DNA of 62,976 bases, filler included, from 4 parts of 4 records of this genome joined end to end with filler, not necessarily neighbours in it; one strand, 5' to 3'; positions 32,019-45,070 are shown, counted from the whole stretch's first letter. The notes: a model not told the origin generated them from the letters alone. Translations and numbers: made by a program.

Positions 32019-34670
32019 TCACCCAAGTATTCTATGGGACCATGTGATCCTGGATCCCTCGGAATGATCAACGGGAATGATGCCAACATTGATCAAAAAT
32101 GTGAAAACGAGGCAAAATGTGAGGCCGATACAGAGGACAGTCGGGCCAAACTTGTCGTGGTAGGGGCCCTGCCTGCGGCCTCGAAGCCTTTCGCCGCGGA
32201 CGTGGAACAGTGCACAGGCGTATATAGCGAAAAATATTGCCACCAGCTGCATCACCCAACCGGTCAACTGGGCAGCCATATCCCTAGATATGGACACAAT
32301 CGCAACGGACACGCCGGTAAGGGTCACCACAACGTTCATCCACTTAAGGAATGTTCTCTCGTTGGAGAAGAATACCTTCGGCTCGATCTTCATAGGCACT
32401 ACGTACTCCTTGCGCTTCTGCTTCTTTTCCTCGCCGCAGCCAGAGCACAGCAGCACAGGCAGGCAACCATTCCAGGCTGTTGGGCGCCTGGCATCCTTGT
32501 CGGTTTGATGTGATGGTGACGTGCCGCCCTGGCCTGACTTTGACCTACGATTGAACATGACACGCAGCTTGCCCACAGTGTCGCGGCTACGCCCAGACTG
32601 CTCCGCACCAGAAACAAGGGGTTCGTGCAAGGGTTCGTAGCCACTCTGCAGGGACTGACCCTCGCCGGCTGTCTGCCTTGGCGGCTCGCTGGGGTAGTCG
32701 CCTGTGCCGATACCTGTTCCATTTCCAACGTCGGATGAACCATTGCTCAACACATTCATCTCCACCCCGCCCGCCTGGCCAGGGGCACTGTCAGCGTCCC
32801 ATTTCACTTCTGTTTCGTTCGTCTTTACCCGTTTGTCGTCCTCAAGCGAGCCCCCCGAGATGGCCTCACCAGCTGCCTGGGTGGGGGTCACCACCACGAC
32901 TCGATTGCCCTGGCTGTCGGTTTGTCGGTTCTCGTAGGGGCGCACGTAAGGCCTCAGTCTGCGCGACGCATTAGGGTCCCTCTGGCTGTTGACCGCAGCG
33001 CCGCTATGAGGGCCATTACTCTCCTGGTAGTAAGTCCGCTGACGACTCAAGTAGTTCTGGATCTCCTCCTGCTTCTCAACCAGCAAATCATCTAAAAGCC
33101 AGTACGGCAAGGCCTTCATGTCGTCACCGAGCAAGACCGAACATCCGTGGACATACTTTGAAAACTTGTACACCTCGTGCAAGATGCCCATCTCCCGCAG
33201 CTCGGTGATCCATGGCGGCACGTTGAGCGAGTCTTCCAGCTTGATTTCAACAACAGCAAATGGGAACTCGGAAATGAGTGAATCCAGGATCGGCACAGAG
33301 CAGTCTCGGTACCAACGCCCATCCTCCAAGTCGCGCTCGTTGATCATTATTAGGTTTGTGTCCAGGGAAATACGAACCGAGCTGTCATTAGTGTTTTGGA
33401 AGGCGGTTCGGGTGCATTGAGTGCGACAGGTGGGCATGAGTTGCTTGGCTTGTATCATCCGCATAATGTTCTTGGCCAAATCCTTATAATTCTCCACCTC
33501 TTCTTCTCCGCACCCTTGCTGGATCTTTTTTTCTGCATATTTTTCCAAGTTGTACTTTCCCGAGACAATCTGGTTCACATGCGATGGTTTGATGGCAAAT
33601 CGCTCCTTGGTGCCGGATTCATCGGCAGTGGTGCTACTTGTCTTCATTTCCGCATACATGACATCCTCCGGAGTTTCAGTCTCATACCATCTGAAGCGAA
33701 TCACTTGGGCACCCGGCAGCCGCTCCATTCTGCCATGGCAAAGCTCCAAGGAGGTGTTGTCAAAGTAAACTGAATTGACCAGCTGGAAATCATTGTTGGA
33801 CCTCTTGAATTGAGAGATCGGCAGGTGCTTTAGAGTGAATGCTTTAAATCGTGTCACGTCTTCGTATTTGAGCCAGAACTGGGAACCGCAGTAAGTACTA
33901 TGAAATATACCCGAGAGGATACACGCAGACGAGTGCGAGGGCACCAATACCTTTTGCGTCTTGCGCTTGAACTCACCCACGGTGTGAGCGGTCTCAAGCG
34001 AATGGTTCTTCCCCCTCAGCATGGAGTGCGCCATGCTTAGTTCCACCACCAGTCCGTCGTATCGGCTCGCGGCCCACTCGGCCTCCCGTAGCTTCATCAT
34101 GTAGAAAGGTTTGCATTTTTCCCTGAGGCGCACAAGGGTCAGTAAGCTGCACTTTAGCGGAGGGTGCCACGACACTCACCAAGGTATATTCTTGTCGTGC
34201 TTTTTCAGAATTTTGTACACGGCCGTGGAGTTCAGGCTGATAAACTTCTCCAGTCGCAGGAGCTCGGATGATATCCGCTCGGCCTTTGTTAGGCCTTTCA
34301 GCCGAAGGTTCTCGTCGCTTTGGATCGCATTACCATTCTTCTTCAGAAAGTTTTGGAGGCCTTTCATAGACTCTCTCAAGTTTTGGTCGGCCAAACGCAC
34401 GAAAACTTCCACTTTGTCCATCTCCTTCTGAAGTGCTTGGTGGAAGTTGTACTCGTCATATTCTCTTACAGACTTTCTTGCAAGATGCGCCTCCCGCGTT
34501 GGCGTGGTTATTGAGCCTCGCATGTGCACGATATCTTTCAAGCGGCCCGAGGTGGAGTGGCCGATCCTCTTCAACATATCGATAGTCTCCTTAAGCTCCT
34601 CATAGTCCAGGTAGTACTGCTCCCATTCCGCGTCTCTCGATTCGAGAAGATGCTTCCCAAACCCAACCAT
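32019..34670 (-). CDS. vtc4: SPX-VTC-DUF202 vacuolar polyphosphate polymerase (Vtc4-like), 3 exons
   Basis: SPX: MVGFGKHL..W..YYLDYEELK, LN.TAVYKILKKHDK. Introns 34179-34123 and 33950-33879. VTC: RKTQKFW, SVYFDN, IRFRWY, KERF, RTAFQ, VRISLDT, EIKL, KFSKYVHG. DUF202: EPKVFFSNERTFLKW plus three TM helices. Confidence 0.9.
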
Positions 34671-35454
34671 TACCGGCTTTCCCTAGGTATAGCTTTTCAT
34701 ATTTTCCGGAGTTATGGCTATACTTCAACCCGGTTTAAGGAGAGTCCACCAGGGAGGTGTTTCCTATTTCCGGCCCACCTCAAGGGCGCGCCCTTGCGAA
34801 CAAGCTTGGCAGCAGGCCCGACATGTGGCCACGCAAGTTGCCGGACAAGAATGGCGGGATGATCGAGCCGCATCCGCGCCGGGGATCGCGGCATGAATGG
34901 GCGGAAACCGGCGGCGGGCAGCCGGGCCTGTGTCCACGCCGCGCTAGGCCAGTCAGGCACCTGTCCCGGGCGGCGCCGCCGACCCGCCCGGTCACCAGTC
35001 CCTTGGAACCGGCGTGGCCGCAGATACCTCTGGCAACCACCGCCGCAGCTGTGGATGAAGCCGGGCTGGAGGACCGGTGGAATGTGAATGAATTGATTGG
35101 TTTGAAACAGCCCCGCGGTTGGTTGGTTGGTTCGCGGGCGGGTTCAGCTGGTCACCGTGAAGCGTGCCGTCCAGGGCCGGTCGCTCCAACCTTGCGGTCC
35201 GCTCCGATGCGTGACGACTGACGGTCAATGACACGCCAATGACACCACCGCCGGCCGGTCGCCAGACTGAACGGAAGCGCCCAAGACGGCCGCGGCAACC
35301 CGGGCGCCGTCCCGTCCCAAGTCCCCGTGCCAGCCAGTCGAGTTGCAGAACCCAGTGGACCCCCACGCCAATGGTGGAATTTCCATGGAGACATTACCTC
35401 GCGTCCTGACTGAGGGCCCGAGGTCGTGTTAGGGCTCGTGATAGTTTCAGATCT

Positions 35455-35554
35455 NNNNNNNNNNNNNNNNNNNNNNNNNNNNNNNNNNNNNNNNNNNNTT
35501 AATTAATTAANNNNNNNNNNNNNNNNNNNNNNNNNNNNNNNNNNNNNNNNNNNN
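35455..35554. other. Artificial contig spacer
   Basis: N run containing TTAATTAATTAA at 35499-35510. Confidence 0.98.
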
Positions 35555-35681
35555 GGGGGGGGGGGGGGGGGGGGGGGGGCGTCCTTTTGTGGGCGGGCTT
35601 TCAGCTGGTGGCACCTGGCACTTGGTTAACTATTCAGCGCTCGCACAGCCTTTCAGTTTGGTCGAAAGTTCTCAAAGGAAT

Positions 35682-36579
35682 ATGGACAACCGACAAGGTA
35701 TTCCCACCTTCTGACCGGGGTTCTCCGAGACTAATCTAAAAGTACAGCCGAACTCGTGCACAAGCACCTCGACGTTCTTGAGGAGCGGTATGCTGAAATT
35801 AAAACTGAAATGGAGACACTTGCCAGCGAGGTGGGTTATTTTGGGGTGGCATCGTATAGCAGGCTCTTACTTTAGCCACAGGGCAAGTTCGACGCGGAGG
35901 CCGCGGAGCACTACGAGCTGCTCCTGCGGCTGGTTGCTCATGAGATGGGTGTGGTTCGTGCTAAACTCCGCGAGTTTGATCCAGAAGGGATGAAGCAACT
36001 TGAGCTTCCTCCTTCTCACAACTGGCAGAGCTTTCCTGTGCATAAGGCCCTGGCGAGCCTGGCGTGCCCGGCTGCTCTTGTCGCTCTTGAGGGTTCGTTT
36101 GAGCACGATGCAAACTCACGCAAGTGGTTCCCGAAGTCTTGGACTCCAGAAGGGTGTGTATTGCATATATTGTGTCGGCAGCCGATTTTAACCGGGCGGA
36201 TGGGGTGTGTAGGAGATTCAATGGGTCTGCTTTTGCGAAACTTATGGAAACCAAGCTGCCTCCACGGCTTCTCGGGCTGAGTGCGCTCTTTTACGGGATT
36301 GGGGCAGTGGTTGGCCCGCCGGCTTGCAGTGAACTTCGGAGGGGGGTGGACGACGAGCTCAACTACGCCATTCCCTTCGCGACAGCTTTCGCGGTGTGGC
36401 CTGCGTACAAGAGGTCGAGGCCGCTCCTACCATCCTCGGTCGTAGCAAGGCAAGGAGCGCTTGGTCTTATAGGAGGCGCCATTGGGTTTGGAGTCGGTGC
36501 ACTGGCGTTGAGTTGCCAGCGGGCGCGGGAGGCCGAGTACGCTGAAGCCGTGCGTGTAGGCCAGGAACAGGCGCATTGA
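35682..36579 (+). CDS. 4-exon membrane protein, C-terminus possibly Tim17/Tim22-family-like
   Basis: Introns 35698-35747, 35831-35881 and 36154-36212 give a continuous frame MDNRQAELVHKHL...GQEQAH. Motif ELRRGVDDELNYAI and Gly-rich hydrophobic helices. Confidence 0.55.
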
Positions 36580-36702
36580 AGGCTCCCGTTGAGTTTTGTT
36601 GGCATGTATGTTCCACCTTCCAGGGCTCTGCTCCCATCATGAGCCATCCATCCACTCGCGGACCACTCCGAAGTAAATGACGGGAGGCATATTTATGACA
36701 AA

Positions 36703-39700
36703 TCACCAACCCTTTGCCGTCCGGGCAGCAAATACGGAAACACTGTCGAGCAGGCTCTTGCGACGCTCCCCGCCACCCGAGGTGCCCCCAAACCCTCCGA
36801 AAACGACATCGTTCGTGGCAAATAGGCTGCAGGAACTACAGTTAAAGGGGGTCATGGCACACAAATATCGCAGGCGTACCCGTCCCGCTTGGGGTTGAAG
36901 GTGGATCCATCGATGATATTCTGGAACCGTCTCTTCTTCATCCGCTCCGAGTACAACATCGCTCCCAAGCCTGCGGTGATGCCGGTGATGCAAATGAGCC
37001 CGATCGTGAGAAACACGCTTGTCCACGAATTCTTCTCCGACTTGGACGCCGTATCGACGTTAAGCTTAGCGAGAGTTGCGCACGTGTCGCCCGAATACCC
37101 TAGAGCATCAGTTAGCTTCGTCACTAGTTTGGCACTGGGCACGGCATACCTGCAAGGCACTTGCAACGCCCCTCGCTCTCGCAACGCCCGTGGCCACTGC
37201 AGTCTTCTGGGCACTGGAGTGGTTCCAGAAGCAACTCGTGGACATCATTCGCGCATACGGCTTTTGCCCCGGACGCCTCGCCGGCCTTGCTGCAACCGCC
37301 CATCATGTAGAGAGTGTCTCTGACCAAGGTTACCGTCACCCATTCGGCTGCATAAGCCTCCCGCATATGCTGGTCGGCGGGAGCAAGGTCTCCTTTGCTG
37401 CCCATTACCTGAACGTCCGACCTCAGTTGCAACTGTGACCACTTCCATGTCTGCGTGTTGAGGCCACTTATTCCTTCATAGCACAGAGACCTCTCGGTAT
37501 CGCACCCGCCAGTAACATACATAATCGCTCCTGATAGTGCGGCTGTGTGAAACTGACGCGGCTCCGGCGGTGTGCCAGACACTGGAGGGCGCTCGCAGCG
37601 CACGATACGATTGTCTATGTCGCATCGCCACGTATCGTCATGGCATTGCTTCATGCTGCATCCGCCATACATCAGCAGCCGTCCATCAGCTAGGCGAACC
37701 AAAGACTGCCCATATCGCGGGCCTGGACGCGGAACGGATGAGCGAAGTGCATTCCATGATGCCTGGGAACCCGGCATTTGAGATAGGTCCAGGAACCACC
37801 AATCATTCATCAATCCTCTGGACGACATCCCCCCAAACACAATGATGCCATCGTACAGACCCCCATCTCCGCGGGAGCCACGACGTCTATTCGCTGATGC
37901 GCTTGCCTTGGTGCGAAGGTACACGCCGCTGTGGCTGTGCCGTGGCGAAGGGCCGTGGCCAGAGGCATTCACAGGGACAAACGACCATTCCACCAAGCGA
38001 ATATCCATGACGTGCACGCCGTCCATATATTCCACTCCATCATAGCCCCCGATCACGTACATGTCATTGTCGACCAAGGTGGCACTGTGGCCTCCCCGAG
38101 CGGATGGCAGAGTTCCCTTGCCTTCGTTTCTCTCCCAAATATTCTTATCAAGGTGGAGAAAGTAAATATCGTTAAAGCAAGGAGGCCCGCGGTCCTCTTC
38201 GCTGTCTTCTTCAACTGAACCCCCACGTGTAGACAGCTCCCCGGCCCATGATGGCCGGCATCCACCAAACACTACAAGGGTGCGATGCCCAGGCGAAACT
38301 ACGCTAGTCGGTGCGACCCGAGGCTCTGGGGCTGTTCCATTAGTTGGCACCACGACCCACTGCATGGGCTCAATAGAGCAGTCGATGCTTCCGTACCCGG
38401 TTTCGCACACGCATTCCCCGGTCACACACTTTCCACGACCACTGCAGTCGTTCAGGCATGCCATTTCCGATTCACAGGACTCTCCCGTAAAGCCAGGGTA
38501 ACAATAGCACTGGCCATTGTGGCACACGCCCTGATCGGAGCAACCAGCCTTTCCGCACGTCATCTCTTCCGAGCAGTCTTTTCCGGTGTATCCCGGATTG
38601 CAGAAACACATTCCGAGGCGGCACACCCCATGGTCGGAACAGTCTGCAGCACAAGCCTGCTCCGAACTGCAGTTCCGGCCAGTGTAGCCCGGATGACAGA
38701 AGCACTTGCCCATGTGACACACCCCTTTCATTGAGCAGTTCCCAGGACACTCGTGAGCAACGCATTCGGGACCAAAATAGCCAGGGTTACACTCACACAC
38801 ACCGTTGTTGCAAATACCATTCCCAGTGCAGTTCCTTGGGCACATCGGGGTATATGTTTCGTTACAGGCGATACCGGCAAACCCTTCAAAGCAATCACAT
38901 GCGCCTTCTATGCATCGGCCATTATCGTAGCAGTCGTGCCCACAATCGCTGTTTATCTGTTCGTAGACATCGGAAATTCCGAGCGATGCAAGGTTTCGGT
39001 CACCATGTGCCGACATTGATCGCAGCAGCAACGCAGAACGAACAGGCATCTTGGTGATCATGGTGTGGGCCGGCATGCTCCAATTCCCGGACGATACAAT
39101 CTTCAGGGAACTCACCCGGATCTTTAGTATCAGGGCCAAGGTATCGACAAGGTGTGAGATGATCCGGTGGTTGTCGTGTTGGTCGGCATCGGACCGATTT
39201 GAACTATGCGAAAAGGTGAAGATCAGTGGCACTCTCCTTGCTTGCTCGTTGCAATTTGGACCATCGAACTCGGCCGAGCACACGCATGTGCCGTTCACAC
39301 AACGGCCGTGGATAGTTCCCCCGCAACCATTGGGACATGACGCCGGGGCAACGTCACAAAACGCTCCCGTATAGCCATCATTACAGATGCACTGGTCCGC
39401 AGAAGTGCAGCGCCCGTGGCCAGAGCAAGTCTCATTAGCACATAGCATCCCCTCCAGCGAAGGCTGCCGCGCACCTTGCTCCCCGGCAGCACCATAAACG
39501 TTCACAGAACAATCCATGCCAAGGTAGCCCGGGTCGCAGAAGCATTCGGCGTAACGACATATCCCGTGCCCCGTGCAATTCGTTGGACACAACAGAGCCA
39601 TTGAGCAATCTGGCCCTGTGTATCCAGGAAAGCAGAAGCACATTCCTGCAGTGCAGATCCCATTCGATGTGCAGTTGTTGCCGCACTCAACGAAATTATC

Positions 39701-41722
39701 CTGGCAATAGTCTCCGGAGTAGCCCTGATAGCAGCTGCAAACCGTCGTATTCTCGTGAATGCATCGGCCATGGCCACTGCATGAACAATCAAAGGAATGC
39801 GTGGCTTCCTGGGCGCATTCGGGGCCGCCGTATCCAGATTCGCACAGGCAATCTCCTGTCTCCGCCAGACAATGACCATGACCAGAACAGTTCAGACTAC
39901 ACGGAGAAACCTCACAGAAGACCCCTAGGTAACCATTCTCACAATTGCATGCCCCTGCAGAGGTGCAATTTCCGTGCCCGCTGCATCCGTGGCAGCCGGA
40001 CCCCGCGGCAGCAACAGCTTCTAGGGTTTCTGGGAGGCTGCCATCCTCAACACAACTGGCGCTTGTGTTTCGAGCAAGGCATACACCCCCTACGCAGTCG
40101 TGGCAGCGGCCGCACTCCGGCACACAGGGGGCTACGTCAAGCTCATACACATCCTCGTCGCAATGGCGTCGACCTCCGTGGTAGCCACAGCCACCGAGGA
40201 GGACAAGTGTGGGCGCCCCACGATGGTCGGAACTCCCAGTACCTATGAGCACCGCTCTTCCTTGTTCGCGAGGGGGGGGAGCGGTACCTTCCACCTCGGG
40301 CTTCGACCACGTTGAGTTGGCGAGGTCAAGAACGTGCACATCATTGTAGCAAACATTCTCAGGATGTCTGCACCCACCAAAAACATACATAAGGTTCCCC
40401 AAGGCGGAAGCATGGTGGTCCTCCCGAATAGATGGGACATGCCCACTTTGTCTTGCTGTTGACCATTGCATTGTATCTACATTCAAAACGTGCAACTTGG
40501 CACTCGAAGCCCCTTCGTCCTCTCTAAAACCTCCAAACACGTATATTGAATTCCTGAATACCACGGCGGTATGCCCCTTGAGGCCAGTTGGGCCGAGCCC
40601 ACCCACATGGGGAACAAACCATTCAACAGCATCCGGGTCATAGTACCACACATCATTGAAGTACTGGTCGTCATCGAATCCCCCAATTACAAACATTCTT
40701 CCGTGTACTGCTACCGCCGCGTGCCCCTCTCGAGGGGCGGGCATGTCTCCCAGAATATCGGGCGGTGGCCGCCATGCCGCACTAAACGCGTCAAGCACTT
40801 GGATCTCATTGCACACTTCACCAGACTGCAACCTGCCCCCAAATACAAACAAATCGGACACGGTTTCCTCCCCAACTATATGCTGAAGAACTACTGCACT
40901 GTGACCCTCTCTGCCCTCAGGTGCAGCCGTCCCAGCGCTATCCGGAGACGTCCACTCAACCTGGCGCCGGCTGGTACTATTGTTGGGACCCCCGATTGCT
41001 ATCAAGATAGACACACCCATGCTACAAATTCTGTCTGGCTCCTCGCACCCTCCAACCACAAATATTTCGCCATCTTCCCTCAAGCGAGTAACAGTCTGGC
41101 CGGGCCGCGCCGGCGGCGCAACTCCCTCAACAGAAGGCTTTTTCCAAGATACTAGTACTGGTGCATCCATCTTGCTTTCCAACTCATGGCCGCCAACATT
41201 CCTACTCGAGATGTCATCATTCATCCTTTGCACCTTCAGCCTTCCGTCATTGCCATGCCTCCCTGCCTTGGCCCTGATCTCTGTGAGGTGCCTTCCCCCA
41301 CCGGATACTGGGAGTGGATCTGGCTCGGTTGGAAAAGAGTTGTCATATATGTGTGTCAACGGCTGGTATGGAGCTGCGCCTTTCTTGTCGTAGACTTTGC
41401 TCTGCTCCACTCTCCGTTGTTCGGGACTGACAACAGGCGATTCTTCAGTCTTGCCGTTGGAACTATTTTCTGAAGGCTCGGGTAGCTCCGGGTCTTCTCG
41501 ACCACCGGGCAGAGGCAAGGGCTCGGGTTCTGTCGCAAAACCCTCCTCTACAGGAGTCTCAAAGAGGCCAACACTAGACCGGACAGGGGACAGAACACCC
41601 TGCTTCCTGGAAAGCATGTTTCTCAAGAAACCAGTGTGGCTTGTTCTTTCCTCGTCATCTGACAGACATGTTGCAGAAGTGAGGCAAAGCAGCACAAGAA
41701 GGACAGCTTGGCCCCCGGCCAT
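36703..41722 (-). CDS. Type I membrane protein: signal peptide, Kelch propeller, tenascin-type EGF array, second Kelch propeller, EGF, TM, short tail
   Basis: Kelch repeats (PREGH...FGG...W) and 14 EGF repeats (C..CSGHG.C...C.C..GY.G..C). Intron 37149-37100 restores the last EGF and links to TM VFLTIGLICITGITAGLGAMLY. A probable last intron starts at 36879. Confidence 0.85.
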
Positions 41723-41849
41723 GTGCTCTTCCGTTGTGCCTCCCTAAAGCGGTTTAAAAGTGTCACACCATGTTATCGTCACGCCACAATGGTTATATAT
41801 CAATGGAGGCCAAAACTCACGTGGCGTTGCATCAGTGTAGGGGATCTCA

Positions 41850-42720
41850 ACAGTCCCCTGGCACCGGCGTGTCATGCCGGTCATGCCCATATCGCCCGGC
41901 GAGCGAGTGCCGCCGGACCGGACCCCCACCGGACCGGACCGGACCGTTAATAAGTCCTCAGTGAGCCGGCCGGGCGGTTCAGATTCACCGGTCCACAAGC
42001 GCACTGCCCGCCGCCCCGGCGGCAGTTCCGGGCCGGCCCGGAGCCACCCGTCCTCCAATGGCTGGGTCCAGTGGACGGCGCGGAGGGCGGCCGGGCCCGC
42101 ACTGGTCTCCCTCCGGTACGGTCGCCGGGGCCCCCCGTGCGTCGGGGCCCTGTGAGACCGGACCGTCGTGACGGGGCGGCAACAACAAGGACTCAAGTAC
42201 GGATACGCGGACCGGGAGACCGTGCCGTGGCGCGATGGCGGGGCTGCACGGGCCGCGGCTTGGCCGCTGCCGGGTTCAGTTTGACTCTCATGACTCAATC
42301 AGGCAGGAGTCCGGCGTCACCAGCAGTCGCGAGTCCGGGCTGACGCCGGCTGTCAGCAGTGTCTGGCCGTTTTTTTGGGCCGGCAGCCGGGTCTGGCAGG
42401 GCCGTTCAATCATCGGATGGCCGGAATCCTCACCTGCTCACGGCCGAGGTTGGAGTCCCGGCCGCGGCGCCCCATCCAGTGCGGGCCGGACCGATGCTGA
42501 TGCGCGCCGCCGGGCGGCCCGCGCCCCGTCCCAGTGGCGCCGGTCGCGCCAGTGCCGGCGTGGCCGGCTCAGTTGGCGGCCCTTCCGGTTCATCAGTGCG
42601 GGGCGCGGTGTGTTACCCTGTTTCCCGCGCGGCGGCCGGTCAGGCAGCCTGATGTCAACCGCACCGCTAGCCAGAGCCGGTCACACCGCACAAACTTCTA
42701 AGCCCCACCTCTGCCTCCCT
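41850..42720. promoter_or_regulatory. GC/CCGG-rich island between divergent genes (representative of seven such islands)
   Basis: Very GC-rich, with (CCGGA)n at ~41912-41946 and many TGAC/GTCA words. No credible ORF. Lies between starts 41722(-) and 42911(+). Confidence 0.5.
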
Positions 42721-42910
42721 CCGCGATGACCCCCTCCGGCCACCTGATGTTCTCCCCCTAACTCCGGGGCGTGCCTGGCTTGCCCGCACGACCTCGTATT
42801 GGGGATGCGGTGCCTCAAGTCACCGGTCCGGCGTAGCGTTTGCTGCAGTGGGGGTATATATGCGCTGCGAAATACCATTGAGTAGCAGCACTAAACAGAT
42901 AACACAACAA

Positions 42911-43717
42911 ATGTGGAACGGGCTTTCGGTGTTGACTAGGCCGGGTTTCGTTGGCGTGGGCTTGAGAAGGCTTAACGGACTTTGTAGCCGCAGCTTTACA
43001 CAGACGTCTCGCCCGACAATGCAGAGAGTAGGTTGCGACAGGTATCTGGGCTCTCGTTGTGCTGACATCGCCAGCGCAGGGCGAGCAAGGCGGGGAAGAA
43101 GGTGACAGCGTCCCGATTCTGTGGAATATGCCTGGGTCTACCACCCTCTCAGATCTCCAACACAACTACCGGCCTCCAGTCACACGATTTGCGGGCCTCG
43201 AAGACTCTAGCGTGGAAAGCGTTGTCAAATTTTTGGAAGGGGAGCGTGTGGTCGACATTCAAGGTAACACCTTCATACTCCCTTTCTTCCCTTGCTCATG
43301 AAGAGTTTCTTGGCAGTCTTTGATGCGAATGAGAGGTGGTGGCTTGGTGACAAAATCATTATATGCACGGGAAAGAGTTCTCGCCACGTCCACGCCGTTG
43401 CAAAGCACTTGGCATCTGAGGTATTCGTATTTCTTTATACGCGATAACCTGTGCACTGATGCGTCCCGCTTCTTCAGATGAAAAAGCTGGTCCCTGCAAA
43501 GGACCGCCCGAAAGGTCTGTGACAGAAGTTCATGCTCGCTCTGGTTATTGACGCTTGCTCAGTTCACGGCTTTGGGAGCAGGAGTGTCCCCGCAGACGAC
43601 TCTTGGGTGTTATTGGACACGCCTAGCTGGACCGTGAATGTGCTCACGGAGGAGGCCAGGGCTCACCTCAACCTGGAGGAGCTATATGAAGACAAGGGTT
43701 CGGATGAGGATGCTTAA
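42911..43717 (+). CDS. rsfS: Organellar ribosome silencing factor RsfS/Iojap (MALSU1-like), 5 exons
   Basis: Introns 43028-43079, 43264-43316, 43421-43477 and 43515-43562 give FLEGERVVDIQVFD...IICTGKSSRHVHAVA...WVLLD...EEARAHLNLEELY. Arg/Ser-rich N-terminus resembles a mitochondrial presequence. Confidence 0.8.
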
Positions 43718-43737
43718 GCTACATGCAGTCCCTGGAA

Positions 43738-45070
43738 CTACTCCAACTCGTCGTTGTAGTCAGGGATGAAGTTTTGTATCAAGAGCACAACCTTCTCCAT
43801 TTCGGATTGCAGAGGACCTATTGTTTTGTCAATGAGAGCCGCCCTCTCTCCAGCAGCGTGTCGCGTGGCCTCGATTCCTCCAATCTTGATGGTTTAGATA
43901 ACGTAAATACTGTGACACATGCCAGGGTTTCGTGGAGGCATACCTTATTCTGCTGTTGGGAGATGTGTGCCTGCACAAGGTCTAATTCTTTCTGCAGCTT
44001 GTCCATCTTTTTCTTGATTTCATTCTCCTGGAAAAACATTGTGAGAACAAACCGAATCGAGGGTGAACTCAGTCACCTCGCTGCGCAAGTGTTCGACAAC
44101 AATTTGAGACGTTGCGATGTCACGATCAAGTTCCTCGTCCTGGGCTACCGTGTCTTGCTGTTCGTTCTTCAAGACCCTGCACCGCATCGCAAGGGTACGG
44201 TGTTGCTTGATGTAACCATCCACCATCACCCTCTCCTCCGAAGTAAGTCTACGGGCACCCACTGCGGACTTGAACTCCGCAGCCTCCCTTTCGTTGTGCT
44301 CCTCGATAACATCTGCGGCCACTCTGTTTACGTCCTTGCCTATCTCCCCCGAGTCAATAGCATCCCGCCTGCTTACAAAAGAAGCAATGATTTGCTGCAA
44401 CTGTATATTTGGGGCCCTAGACTGAATTGCTTCACGACAGTATGGGCACTTGCTCTTGCCTTTGGCGTTTCTCTCATGTGCGTCTATACACTGCCTGCAG
44501 AAGGTATGGCCGCAAGGAAACAACAATATGGGTTGCCGTGCAGGCGGCTCCATCAACTCGTAGCATACAGCGCAGTGCTGCGACTCTATCTCAGACGCCA
44601 AATACGATTCCATTCTGCGCCCAATGTCTTGCTTGACCTTCTCCATGCCCATATTCTCCTTGATGATTTCCTGCTTAAGTTCATCGCGAAGTCGAACTGA
44701 GAGCTTTTCGGTCAACCTGTCCAGGATTTTCTCGGGGGCAACATCGAAACCGTCACGAACGGCGAAGTCCGCTTTCTTGTCCGTGTACAGCTCTGCAGAG
44801 TATGCGGGACGATTGCCATGCCCCATGACGTCACATAGTGGCGCCCTTCTCCCGGCAGAAGCTTGGCTTTTCCTCTGGGTCACAACATCATCTGCACGGG
44901 CATCTTCCGGCGAGCTTTAGTATCTTAACAGCCTCTGAAAAGACGTGCCTACCTCGCGCAAGCTCACTTTCGACTTCTTTCTGTTCCTTGGCAATTTGCC
45001 TCTGTGCCATCCAAGCATCACGGCGGCGCTGCAACTCTTGGATTTTGGCGTCCCTGGCCTGTTTGTTCAT
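43738..45070 (-). CDS. RING-HC finger coiled-coil protein, multi-exon, 5' end uncertain
   Basis: CAVC...PCGHTFCRQC...CPYC (C3HC4). Spliced coiled-coil exons end ...IPDYNDELE at stop 43738. Confidence 0.75.

Noticed and set aside
35555-35579. Poly-G tracts at both ends of contig 4 (also 62955-62976) as telomeres or G-quadruplexes
   Set aside because: Pure homopolymers at contig ends, typical of sequencing or assembly break points; no telomeric repeat unit.
38370-40010. Periodic Cys/Gly-rich repeats as a possible CRISPR or DNA repeat array
   Set aside because: These are protein-level EGF repeats with divergent DNA. No identical direct repeats with spacers and no cas genes seen in the window.
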